Assembly: GCA_023265155.1 (NCBI GenBank) | Contig: JAHFUL010000003.1 | Location: forward strand, 7,915-62,807 | Direction of reading: 5' to 3' | From: Acidobacteriota bacterium | GTDB lineage: Bacteria > Acidobacteriota > Vicinamibacteria > Vicinamibacterales > CAVVIG01 | DNA length: 54,893 nucleotides | Shown here: in pieces, positions 34,901-43,621 of the stretch | How the letters are laid out: each line of letters opens with the position of its first letter | Numbering within the stretch: the stretch's first letter is position 1 | The notes under the pieces: model-generated | What the model was told of the DNA's origin: nothing | The model's database searches: none | What the model saw: only the letters and a program-made list of their open reading frames with translations | Position numbers and translations under genes: made by a program

Positions 34901-36989
34901 TCCGCGCTCGTTCATGCCTGTGTTGGCCGTGGCGCTCGCGTTCTTCCTCGCCTCCGCTGCCGAGGCTCAAGTGGTGCGTGTCGAGATTGTGTCGCGGGAG
35001 GCGGCCAGCGGCGGCCAGCCGGTGGGCAAGGCGGGACCGTACGAGATCCTTCGCGGCCGAATTCACGGTGAAGTCGACCCGAGTGACCCGCACAACCGGA
35101 TCATTCAAGATCTCCAGCTTGCGCCGCGCAATGTGCGCGGCAAGGTCGAATACGTGGCGACCTTCGCACTTGCCAAGCCGGTCGATCCGACCCGGTCCTC
35201 CGGCGTCCTGGTGTATCAGGTCGTCAATCGCGGCAATGGCGGCGTCACGACAAGTCCCGACGGCGACATCTCGCTCGTCAGCGGCTGGCAAGGCGACGTC
35301 ACTCCAACCGCGGCCAACCAGACCATCGTCGTGCCGGTGGCGACGAACGGTGGCGGATCGGCAATCAGCGGTCCGGTGATCGCGCGGTTCTACAATGTGG
35401 CTGCAGGAACGAACACGGCTTCGATTCGTCTCAGCTCGATGGGTGCCGGCCCGCCCGTGTATCCGCCGGCGACGCTCGATCAGACGGACGCGACGCTGAC
35501 CATGCACGCGTCGGAGAGTTCAACAGGGGTGAAGGGCGGGTCCGTGACCGTGCCAAGGCAAGTGTGGGCGTTCGCCGATTGCCGTACCGCGGCGTTCCCC
35601 GGCACGCCGGACCCCGCGCGCCTCTGTCTCAAGGATGGGTTCGATCCGACCAAGCTCTACGAACTGGTTTACACCGCAAAAGATCCGCTGGTGCTCGGGA
35701 TCGGTCTTGCCGCGACCCGGGACATCGTCTCGTTCTTTCGATACGCCGCCAAGGATGGCGTGGGCTCGCCCAATCCCGTGGCCGGCTCGGTCAAGTACGC
35801 GATCAGCATCGGCGATTCGCAGTCCGGCAATCTCATCAAGACGTTCATTCATCTTGGATTCAACCAGGATCTCTCGCGCCGCATGGTCTGGGACGGCGTG
35901 TTTCCGCGGATTGCCGCGCGCCAGACGCCAATCAATTTCCGATTCGCGCTGCCAGGTGGCGCCGGCACGCTCTATGAGCCCGGCAGCGAGCCCGTCGTCT
36001 GGTGGGGCCGGTACGAGGACAAGGTGCGGGGCCGGCCGGCGGCGAGTCTGCTCGATCGCTGCACTGCGACCAGGACATGTCCGAAGATCATCGAGGCGTT
36101 TGGATCGACCGAGCTCTGGGGCCTGCGCATGTCGCCCGGCCTGATCGGTACCGATGCCAGGCAGGATATTCCGCTGCCGGCCACTGTTCGGCGCTACTAC
36201 TATCCCGGGACCACGCACGGCGGCGGCCGCGGCGGCTTTCGCATCGACGCCGGGCCTGGGGGCCAGGGCGGCTGCGCGCTGCCGGCCAATCCCAATCCCG
36301 AAGCCGACACGACGCGCGCGCTGACGAAGGCCTTGATCGAGTGGGTCACGAAGGGCACGCTGCCGCCAGCGAGTCGCTATCCGAGGCTCGACAAGGGCGA
36401 CCTGGTGCCGGCGACCAAGTCCGCGATGGGGTTTCCGGACATCCCAGGCCTGGTTTTCAAGGACTCGCCAGTCAATCCCGTGCTCGACTACGACTTCGGC
36501 CCGCGGTTCATCGCCAACGATATGTCGGGCGTGATCGCGCTGCAGCCGCCGCGAATCACGCGAGTCATTCCGACGTATGTCCCGAAGGTGAATGCCGACG
36601 GCAACGAAACCTCCGGCGTACTGTCAGTCCTGCACCAGGCGCCGCTCGGCACGTACCTTGGCTGGAATCTCACGGCCTCAGGGTTTTTCGCCGGCCAAGG
36701 CTGCGGATTCTCCGGAGGGTACGTGCCGTTCGCGAAAACGCAGGCCGACCGGATCAAGACCCGGGACCCGCGTCCATCGGTCGAGGAGCGGTACGGCACG
36801 CTCGAAGGCTACGCCTGCCTCGTCCAGCGCGCGGCCACGCAGGCGGTGACGGATCGGTTTCTCCTGCAGGACGACGCGGATCGGCTGGTTGCGCAGGCCA
36901 AAGGGAGCGGCGTGCTGCCGAAGGATGCGGACAGCACACCGCAGAACCGCGACATCGCGCGCAACCTGTGCGGCCGTGGATCGAAGTGA
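34887..36989 (+). CDS. secreted 700-aa protein, probable alpha/beta-hydrolase-domain protein
   Basis: Signal peptide ...AFFLASAAEAQ, IGDSQSGN segment, strong GC3. The family assignment is from memory only. Confidence 0.65.
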   Translation: MTIADPRSFMPVLAVALAFFLASAAEAQVVRVEIVSREAASGGQPVGKAGPYEILRGRIHGEVDPSDPHNRIIQDLQLAPRNVRGKVEYVATFALAKPVDPTRSSGVLVYQVVNRGNGGVTTSPDGDISLVSGWQGDVTPTAANQTIVVPVATNGGGSAISGPVIARFYNVAAGTNTASIRLSSMGAGPPVYPPATLDQTDATLTMHASESSTGVKGGSVTVPRQVWAFADCRTAAFPGTPDPARLCLKDGFDPTKLYELVYTAKDPLVLGIGLAATRDIVSFFRYAAKDGVGSPNPVAGSVKYAISIGDSQSGNLIKTFIHLGFNQDLSRRMVWDGVFPRIAARQTPINFRFALPGGAGTLYEPGSEPVVWWGRYEDKVRGRPAASLLDRCTATRTCPKIIEAFGSTELWGLRMSPGLIGTDARQDIPLPATVRRYYYPGTTHGGGRGGFRIDAGPGGQGGCALPANPNPEADTTRALTKALIEWVTKGTLPPASRYPRLDKGDLVPATKSAMGFPDIPGLVFKDSPVNPVLDYDFGPRFIANDMSGVIALQPPRITRVIPTYVPKVNADGNETSGVLSVLHQAPLGTYLGWNLTASGFFAGQGCGFSGGYVPFAKTQADRIKTRDPRPSVEERYGTLEGYACLVQRAATQAVTDRFLLQDDADRLVAQAKGSGVLPKDADSTPQNRDIARNLCGRGSK

Positions 36990-37032
36990 CGGTGGATGAT
37001 CGCGCGGCCCTTTCACCCCTCGACGATCTCGG

Positions 37033-37060
37033 CGTGCCCTGAGCTTGTCGAAGGGCAGGG
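37033..37060. repeat. REP family B hairpin (TGCCCT-GAGCTTGTCGAA-GGGCA)
   Basis: Same architecture as 10738-10808. Sits at convergent gene ends. Confidence 0.75.
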
Positions 37061-37125
37061 CCGCGTCCGCGGAGCCGAGAGCCCCGCGCTACGAGGATTC
37101 TGAAGACCGCTCTGATGACGCTCGG

Positions 37126-37701
37126 TCACGGGCCGAACGGCAGCAGACGCCTGACGTAGTCGCCGAGGAACACGTAGATCGCGCAGATGCTGCCCTCCCC
37201 GATCAGAATGCCCAATAGAAACTTCTTGAAATCGACGCGCAGCGCGCCACACACATAGCAGATCAGGTCGGTCGGAGTCAGCGGAAAAAACGCCCAGCCG
37301 ATGATAATCGCCATCTCGTTGCGCTGAAGAACGGTCTTCATCTGCGCGACGCGGTTCTTGTGCTTACGCTCGAACACCTCATCCAGGTGCAGGGACTCCG
37401 AGAACCAATAAATGCTCGCCGACGAGACGAGTATCCCGACGAGGGTCAGCACGAGCAACGGCACGGGCTGAAAGAGCGGGAGCGCCGCGACAATCAGGAA
37501 CGCCGCCGGAATGAGGGTGAACGCCCGGATGGATCCCAGGAACAGATAGATGGCCGCGGCGGCGAGCGCGGTGGCCGACAGCGCGTCGTGCAGCTCGTTC
37601 TGCACAAGGTCCCTGCGGAAGAAATAGAAATAGAGCGCTCCCGTCACGACCACGAGCCAGATCCCGATGAACAGAGGCCGGAGCGCGCGAACACTGACCA
37701 T
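37126..37701 (-). CDS. TVP38/TMEM64-family (VTT domain, DedA superfamily) membrane protein
   Basis: 5-6 TM helices. FFPLTPTDLICYVCGALRVDFKKF is a VTT-type re-entrant motif. Confidence 0.72.
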   Translation of the reverse strand: MVSVRALRPLFIGIWLVVVTGALYFYFFRRDLVQNELHDALSATALAAAAIYLFLGSIRAFTLIPAAFLIVAALPLFQPVPLLVLTLVGILVSSASIYWFSESLHLDEVFERKHKNRVAQMKTVLQRNEMAIIIGWAFFPLTPTDLICYVCGALRVDFKKFLLGILIGEGSICAIYVFLGDYVRRLLPFGP

Positions 37702-37713
37702 GTGCGAAACCGC

Positions 37714-38352
37714 CTACGACTCTCGAGCGCGGCTCCTGCGGCGGGTCCGCCAGATTCCGAGAAGCGTCAGCAGTTCGAGGGCGATAGCCGCCACCAGGAG
37801 CCACGAGTTCGGCATCTGGACCTCGCGTCCGCCGATCGCGAGAAGGTAGAAACGCGGCCACCGCCCCACGAGCACGGCGACGATGAACCGCACGAGTGGA
37901 TAACCGCCCGCGATGGCCAGAATCTTCACGGGATAGAAAGGCACGGGCGCGAGCGCCGAGCCGACGATCAACAGGAACGGCGCTTTCTCGAAGACCCGGT
38001 GCGCGATTTGATAGACGCGCGATCCGTCCAGGCGGGACCGGATCAGCCCGTGGCTCACGAACCACCCGATCAGCCAGAAATCGAGCAGCGCCGCCACCGC
38101 ACACGCGGCCGCACCGACGCTGGCGACGAGTGACGGCGGATACAGTTTGGCCACGTACAACAGCGCGGGCTCGTTCGGTAGAAAGGAAATCAGCAGATGC
38201 GCCGGAATCGCGTACAGCCCGTAGCCCGCGAGCGGCCGGTACTCGGGCGCCGCCTGAAAGGCGCCCGCGGCGACCGTCGCCACGATCGCCATCGTCACGT
38301 AGGCGGCCCGTTCCAGCCACGCGGGTGCCTCGATTTGGGGAAGATCGCTCAC
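37714..38352 (-). CDS. VTT/DedA-like membrane protein
   Basis: ISFLPNEPALLYVAKLY and APVPFYPVKILAIAGGYPLVRF resemble the two DedA/VTT re-entrant motifs. Confidence 0.6.
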   Translation of the reverse strand: MSDLPQIEAPAWLERAAYVTMAIVATVAAGAFQAAPEYRPLAGYGLYAIPAHLLISFLPNEPALLYVAKLYPPSLVASVGAAACAVAALLDFWLIGWFVSHGLIRSRLDGSRVYQIAHRVFEKAPFLLIVGSALAPVPFYPVKILAIAGGYPLVRFIVAVLVGRWPRFYLLAIGGREVQMPNSWLLVAAIALELLTLLGIWRTRRRSRARES

Positions 38353-38367
38353 GCGTTCCTTTTCTCG

Positions 38368-39204
38368 CTACCCTAACAGGCCCCGGCCGGATGGCTTGGC
38401 ATAGGCAAGTACGAAGTGGGCAATCAGGAACAGCCAGATCCCCGCATACAACACTGCAAATTTCTTGCGCCGTTCCAGCATCTCCGGACGGAGGATCGGC
38501 TTTCCAGCAAACTTCCCGCGCGGCTTCGATGGGAACAGGAATGTCTTGTACGTTTCGAGCGTCGCGATGGTGTAGCCAAGCGCCGCGCAAATGATGAGCA
38601 GGAAGCTGGTGGTGAACGGGGCAAGCAGCACGCCGTAGAGCCCGGCCGCGACCGGGCTGCGGAGGAACTTCAACGTTTCAAACCCCTCGATCGGCGCGTC
38701 CTTCCACGCCCCGAGAAACGCGGAAATCCACCCGCTGATGCTGGCGACGAGGAACACGGTCAGGATCGACACGCCGTCCTGGGGCGTCACCCGACGGGAG
38801 ATCCAATGGACGCCGAGAAACACGAGCACGATGAGGATCGCGAGCGGAAAGCCGATGAGCAGACGCTCGGACTTCCCATGGATGACGCGGCCGAAGACCG
38901 CGAACTGCATCGGGATGAAGTACTTGCTCTGGTCTTCATCACGAAGGAACGTCTTCCAGAACTCGATCGCGCCCCGTTCGAGCACGTACACCAGCCCAAA
39001 GAAGAGCAGAATCGGACCCGGGCGGCTCAGGTCGGGCCTGGCAACAAGATAGCAAATGAGAGCCATGACCAGGCCGAGCATCGGGCTGCGAAAGTAGCGG
39101 AACCAGGTGAATCCTTCGTGGGGGGCGTCCTTGTACATGCCCCAGGTGGCGGTATGAAGACCCGCAAGAAAGCCCAGAGCGAGAGCGATTGGAAGATGCG
39201 TCAT
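38368..39204 (-). CDS. polytopic membrane protein with an internal two-fold duplication, family unknown
   Basis: ATG 39204 in an ATGA overlap with the upstream stop. Repeated WGMYKDAPHEGFTWFRYFRSP / LGAWKDAPIEGFETLKFLRSP and EFWKTF / ETYKTF. Confidence 0.65.
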   Translation of the reverse strand: MTHLPIALALGFLAGLHTATWGMYKDAPHEGFTWFRYFRSPMLGLVMALICYLVARPDLSRPGPILLFFGLVYVLERGAIEFWKTFLRDEDQSKYFIPMQFAVFGRVIHGKSERLLIGFPLAILIVLVFLGVHWISRRVTPQDGVSILTVFLVASISGWISAFLGAWKDAPIEGFETLKFLRSPVAAGLYGVLLAPFTTSFLLIICAALGYTIATLETYKTFLFPSKPRGKFAGKPILRPEMLERRKKFAVLYAGIWLFLIAHFVLAYAKPSGRGLLG

Positions 39205-40337
39205 GTCTGTTGAGAGTGTCTGTAGCGCGACCCTTTCAGGGCCGCGTCGGGGACTGTGGCGTACGCCTGTTCTATCAGCTGCAGATCGCGACGAGCCAGC
39301 GTCAGATTGTACGCGGGCGGACGGTTCTGTTCGATGGCGGCAATGAAGTCCGTCATCATCGCACGATGTCCGGCCAGATCGACGAGGCCCGGGAAACACA
39401 GCCGATGCCGCCGGCCCGCAAGCACGGCGAACACGCCATTGGTTTCGAATCGCAGCGAGCCGCCGGTGCCGTAGACGCGTGACATGCGCATCCCGTTGAT
39501 GAGCCCGGGCAGATCCCACGAATACGACAACGTCGCGACCGCGCCCTCGGCGTACTCGATCGTCACAACCGCACTGCGGTCTGTGGTTGCCCCGCCGAAG
39601 CTCGCGCCGGAGTCGTGCGAGCGAATGCGGGCCTCACCCGCACCAATCGTCCCGCCAGCCACGTCCGCGCGCCCGAGCTGAAGCTCGGGCCTACGAGCGC
39701 GGTCAGCCGTGCCCGCCTCGCCTGCCCCGTGACGCGCGCGAGGGAAGGCCGCGCGCGCTCCGATGGGCGTCAGCCCGATGTTCGCCAGGAGACTCACCCA
39801 ATGAATGCCACCCTCGAACAGCGCGCCGCCGCCGGCCAGCTCCGGCTGGTCTCGCCAGTCGCTCGTCTTCTGTCGCTTGAGCGCGTTGAGCTGAATGAGG
39901 AGCACGGCGCCGAGGTCGCCCTCGGCGATCGTTGTTCTGAGAAGGCGCGTCAGCGGCTTGTAGAAGTAGTTCTCCGCCACCAGGACCTGACGCCCGGCGC
40001 GCACGGCGATCGACTCGATCTCATCGAGCTCCGAAAGGGTCAGGAACGGCGGCTTCTCGACGATGACGTGCTTGCCGGCATCGAGCGCCCGCCTGGCCCA
40101 CTCATGGTGAAGCGACGGCGGCAGCGCGATGATCACCGCATCGATGTCCCGGCTCGCGAGCGCCGCGTCATAGCTGCCGAAGTGCCCGGCGCCGCCAGAG
40201 CGAGCGGCGATGGCGGCTGCGCGTCCGGGGTCGCGACTCGCGTACCAGCGCGGGACCGCCGGGGCGACGGATCGAAGCGTCTTCGAGTGAATGTCTGCGG
40301 CGAAGCCCGACCCGAGGATGCCGATCCGCGGCGTCAT
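39201..40337 (-). CDS. Gfo/Idh/MocA-family NAD(P)-dependent oxidoreductase carrying an in-frame REP-derived insert
   Basis: MTPRIGILGSGFAADIH Rossmann N-terminus and VEKPP motif. ATGA overlap with the GMC gene stop. Confidence 0.8.
   Translation of the reverse strand: MTPRIGILGSGFAADIHSKTLRSVAPAVPRWYASRDPGRAAAIAARSGGAGHFGSYDAALASRDIDAVIIALPPSLHHEWARRALDAGKHVIVEKPPFLTLSELDEIESIAVRAGRQVLVAENYFYKPLTRLLRTTIAEGDLGAVLLIQLNALKRQKTSDWRDQPELAGGGALFEGGIHWVSLLANIGLTPIGARAAFPRARHGAGEAGTADRARRPELQLGRADVAGGTIGAGEARIRSHDSGASFGGATTDRSAVVTIEYAEGAVATLSYSWDLPGLINGMRMSRVYGTGGSLRFETNGVFAVLAGRRHRLCFPGLVDLAGHRAMMTDFIAAIEQNRPPAYNLTLARRDLQLIEQAYATVPDAALKGSRYRHSQQT
39670..39695. repeat. REP hairpin (GCCCGAGC-TGAA-GCTCGGGC-CTACGA) located inside the Gfo/Idh/MocA CDS
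   Basis: Near-identical to the intergenic copies at 44928-44953 and 44995-45020. Translated as RRPELQLGR. Confidence 0.85.
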
Positions 40338-41929
40338 AGCGTCGAGGCAATGCGCTCGCCCGCGCGCAGCGCGGTGGCCGCAATCGTGAGCGACGGGTTC
40401 ACACCCCCGGAGCGCGGCAGGACGCTGCCGTCGGTGACGTAGAGGTTGTCGAGGCCGCGGAAGGCGCCCCACCCGTCGAGCGGCGATCGCGCGGGATCGG
40501 TTCCCATGCGGACGGTCCCCACGGCATGTGAAAACGTGTTGATCGCATCGCGAAACATCGTCAGCGCGCCTGCCTCGCGCAGAATCCTCCCGGCAGCCGA
40601 GGCCAACGCGTCGCGCGCCGCGATATCACGGGCGTCGTACTGATGCTCAATCTTCGCTTGCGGCATCCCGAATGGCGTGCTGCCGTTGGTGAGGGCCACC
40701 CGATTGGTCGCCTGGGGTCGATCTTCCGCGATCACGATGAAGCCTGTGGTGTGCGGCATGCCAAAGGGAACGAACCACGGCTTGACGGTGTGCGCGATGG
40801 TTCGCACGAGGCCGGTGTAGCGGTGATCAATCCACTGCGCCGCATGATGAACCATGTAGGCGGTCTGCGGCGTCCCGAACTGCTGGATTGATCCCAGCTT
40901 TCCGTGGGGCGTGGCAACCGACGGGTGGCCGGAGTAGTAGTCCTGGATGCCGATCTGCTTGTGAAATTCGCCGTCGGGCGCAGGCTTCTGTCGAAACACG
41001 CCCATCACCACGGCGTTGCAGTGGCGCATGAGGTAGCGGCCGATCGCGTCGCCTGCGGGATTTGAGCGGTGCAGAGCCGAGGCCATCAGGAGGTGCGGCG
41101 TCGCGAGCGCGCCTGCCGCGACGACGATGGCCTTGCCGGTGAACCGTCGCGGCTCCAGAGTCTTCCGATCCACACACGTCACTGCTGTCACGCGATGACG
41201 GTCAACGACAAACCCGACCGCGACGGTATTGGGCGCGAGCGTCATCTCGCCGCGCTGCAGTTCCGGGACGAGCGTGGTTGCGATGTCGTTTTTCGCGCCG
41301 ATGGCGCAGGCGAATCCGTCGCACGTGCCGCAGCGGACGCACGGGGCACGGCCCGCACCGTTCCCGTAGTTGATCGCGAGGGGCAGCGGAAACGGGTGCA
41401 GCCCCAGACCGCGGGCCACGTCCTTCATGTGCCTCGCGATCGGCGCCAGTGGCGCCGGTGCCTGCGGATATGGAGTCGAGCGCGACGGCTCGGTCGGATC
41501 TTCACCCGCGCACCCCGCCACGCCGAGTAGCCGCTCGGCCTGCGAGTAGTAGGGTTCCAGATCGGCATAGCTGAAGGGCCACCCGGCGCCGGAGTCCAGA
41601 TCGAGATTCGGATCCGGGTCGAAGTCGCGCTCGCGCAGTCGCAGCGCCACGCCTCCGTAGAACACCGATGCCCCGCCCACGCACGCAATCGTACCGAGCG
41701 TATCGGCGTTGCCGCCACGACCCACGCTGTACGGAGCTTCCGAGGAATAGGCCGAGGTGAGGCTGAAAAATCCGTCGGGTCCCCAGTTGCCGGCGCCGCG
41801 CGGCACCCAATCGCCGCGCTCGATCATCAGAACCCGCTTGCCAGCCCGAACCGCCGGCAGGGCCGCCATGGCGCCGCCAAAGCCGCTGCCGATCACAATC
41901 AGGTCGTACTCCGCATCCGTCACGATCAA
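40334..41929 (-). CDS. GMC-family FAD-dependent oxidoreductase
   Basis: EYDLIVIGSGFGGAMAAL..AGKRVLMIERG dinucleotide-binding motif; C-terminal GMC motifs HAVGTVRMG and NLYVTDGSVLP. Start TTG 41929 or GTG 41923. Confidence 0.85.
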   Translation of the reverse strand: MIVTDAEYDLIVIGSGFGGAMAALPAVRAGKRVLMIERGDWVPRGAGNWGPDGFFSLTSAYSSEAPYSVGRGGNADTLGTIACVGGASVFYGGVALRLRERDFDPDPNLDLDSGAGWPFSYADLEPYYSQAERLLGVAGCAGEDPTEPSRSTPYPQAPAPLAPIARHMKDVARGLGLHPFPLPLAINYGNGAGRAPCVRCGTCDGFACAIGAKNDIATTLVPELQRGEMTLAPNTVAVGFVVDRHRVTAVTCVDRKTLEPRRFTGKAIVVAAGALATPHLLMASALHRSNPAGDAIGRYLMRHCNAVVMGVFRQKPAPDGEFHKQIGIQDYYSGHPSVATPHGKLGSIQQFGTPQTAYMVHHAAQWIDHRYTGLVRTIAHTVKPWFVPFGMPHTTGFIVIAEDRPQATNRVALTNGSTPFGMPQAKIEHQYDARDIAARDALASAAGRILREAGALTMFRDAINTFSHAVGTVRMGTDPARSPLDGWGAFRGLDNLYVTDGSVLPRSGGVNPSLTIAATALRAGERIASTL

Positions 41930-42064
41930 CCTGTCATGATCGCATTCTGTTGAGCACTTGCGCAACGGCGCGGTCGATCGCGCGAATCTCCGAACGCGGC
42001 GCGAGTTGAAGCCAGCCTCATCCAACCACTCCCGAGCCGGGCGGAAAAGAAGTCGGCGAGAACA

Positions 42065-42331
42065 ATGCCGGTGTCGCCCACCAACCAGATCTTCGCTTGG
42101 GATATCACCTACTGGCGTGAGGCGCTTCAGCTCCTCGAAATTCGACCCGGACCCGATGACGCGGAGATCCTCCCCGACCTGGTCATCCACGCCTACAAGC
42201 CGGCCGTGGATCGGACGTTGATTGTCGAGCAGCTCCGGCGCTCCGTCGACGACCGGGTGAAAACGATGACCGCCGCCTCGCGCTTCGCGGAGGCGCTGCA
42301 CGAGGCGGGCCGGCGGCGCCGCGAGACATGA
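42065..42331 (+). CDS. hypothetical 88-aa protein or gene fragment
   Basis: High and mixed G/C third-codon positions. No family recognised. Confidence 0.35.
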   Translation: MPVSPTNQIFAWDITYWREALQLLEIRPGPDDAEILPDLVIHAYKPAVDRTLIVEQLRRSVDDRVKTMTAASRFAEALHEAGRRRRET

Positions 42332-42636
42332 CCGACTTCGAGGGCTCGTTCGACTGAACGATTCGACTGAAGCGGCCGCCGGACGGCCGAAGGATCTCGA
42401 GGCGACCCCACACTCTGGCGGCGCTGCCTACATGCGGACGCACACGCGTGCCCAGCTCAAGGCTCATCGCGCCGAGCCGCGACGGCTCGGTTCCGAAGTG
42501 AAGCACTCGACGGCCCGCGCACGCGCCCTCGGATGGGCAGTGCGTTGACTTCGTTCTGGTTCGCTGTGGCGTCCGTGGATTGGCCTCCGGCCTGAGCCGG
42601 ATTGCGGAGGTCGTGCCACTTAGCTAAGATAGCCAT

Positions 42637-42936
42637 ATGCAACGAGCCAAGATTGGCGAGATGAAGAACCAGCTCTCCCGGTATCTCGATCACGTCCGTG
42701 AGGGTGGCGAGGTCCTGGTCTTCGATCGCGACCGGCCGATCGCCCGCCTCGTTCCGGTGTCACGCCCCGGCCGGCTCGCCGCCGGTCCAGACGAGGCCCG
42801 AATTGCCTCCCTCGAGCGGCGAGGCCTGGTGCGCCGGGGCTCGCGTGTGGCCGGCCGCAGCAGTCTGCCGCGGCCGATCCGTCTCCGCGGAAGCCTCCTG
42901 CGCGACCTGCTCACCGAGCGCGAGACCGGCTGGTGA
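42637..42936 (+). CDS. Phd/YefM-type antitoxin
   Basis: IGEMKNQLSRYLDHVREGGEVLVFDRDRPIARLVP matches the prevent-host-death fold pattern. Overlaps the PIN gene start. Confidence 0.8.
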   Translation: MQRAKIGEMKNQLSRYLDHVREGGEVLVFDRDRPIARLVPVSRPGRLAAGPDEARIASLERRGLVRRGSRVAGRSSLPRPIRLRGSLLRDLLTERETGW

Positions 42937-43433
42937 GATTCTGGGACACGTCGGCGCTCGTGCCCGTCTTCATCGCGGAACGCGAGACGCGGATCGCGCG
43001 CCGGTGGTTCCGGGAAGACCTCGCCGTGGTGGTCTGGTCCCTCACGCGCGTTGAATTGCTGTCGGCGCTCGCGCGCCGCCGACGCGAGGAGTCCGGCGCG
43101 GCGCGTCGTCTCGCATCGGCACGCCGGCGTGTCCTGGCCGCCTGGCCGCAGTGGACCGAAGTCGTCGCCATCGACGTCGTCCGTCGCCACGCGGAGCGCC
43201 TCGTCGAGACGCACCCGCTGCGCGCGGCCGACGCCCTTCAGCTTGCCGCCGCGCTCGTCGTCGCCGAGCAGGACCCGTCGAGCCTCACGTTCGTGACGCT
43301 CGACCAGCGTCAGGCCGATGCGGCCGAGCGAGAGGGGTTCGTGGTGCTCGGACCCGACGGCCTGTCAGGCGGCCACGACAGTCGCGAGAAACAGCCGCAC
43401 CGGATCGACACATCGAAGCGTCGGACGGGCTGA
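42933..43433 (+). CDS. vapC: PIN-domain ribonuclease toxin
   Basis: FWDTSALV (first acidic residue), LRAADALQLAAAL, TLDQRQ. Confidence 0.8.
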   Translation: MRFWDTSALVPVFIAERETRIARRWFREDLAVVVWSLTRVELLSALARRRREESGAARRLASARRRVLAAWPQWTEVVAIDVVRRHAERLVETHPLRAADALQLAAALVVAEQDPSSLTFVTLDQRQADAAEREGFVVLGPDGLSGGHDSREKQPHRIDTSKRRTG

Positions 43434-43621
43434 GATCATCGCATCGAAACATGCGGACGGATGCCGGGCGCAATCGTTGTCGACGACCTGCCTGCGAGAC
43501 GTGTTGCAAAGGCTGCTGACGACGTCGGCATCGACGCGGACGTGTCGTTCATGGTCACCGAGTTGCCCGATGGCGGCAGCTCGGTCGGTCCTCGATGACG
43601 ACAAGCTTGCAATCGGACGCG

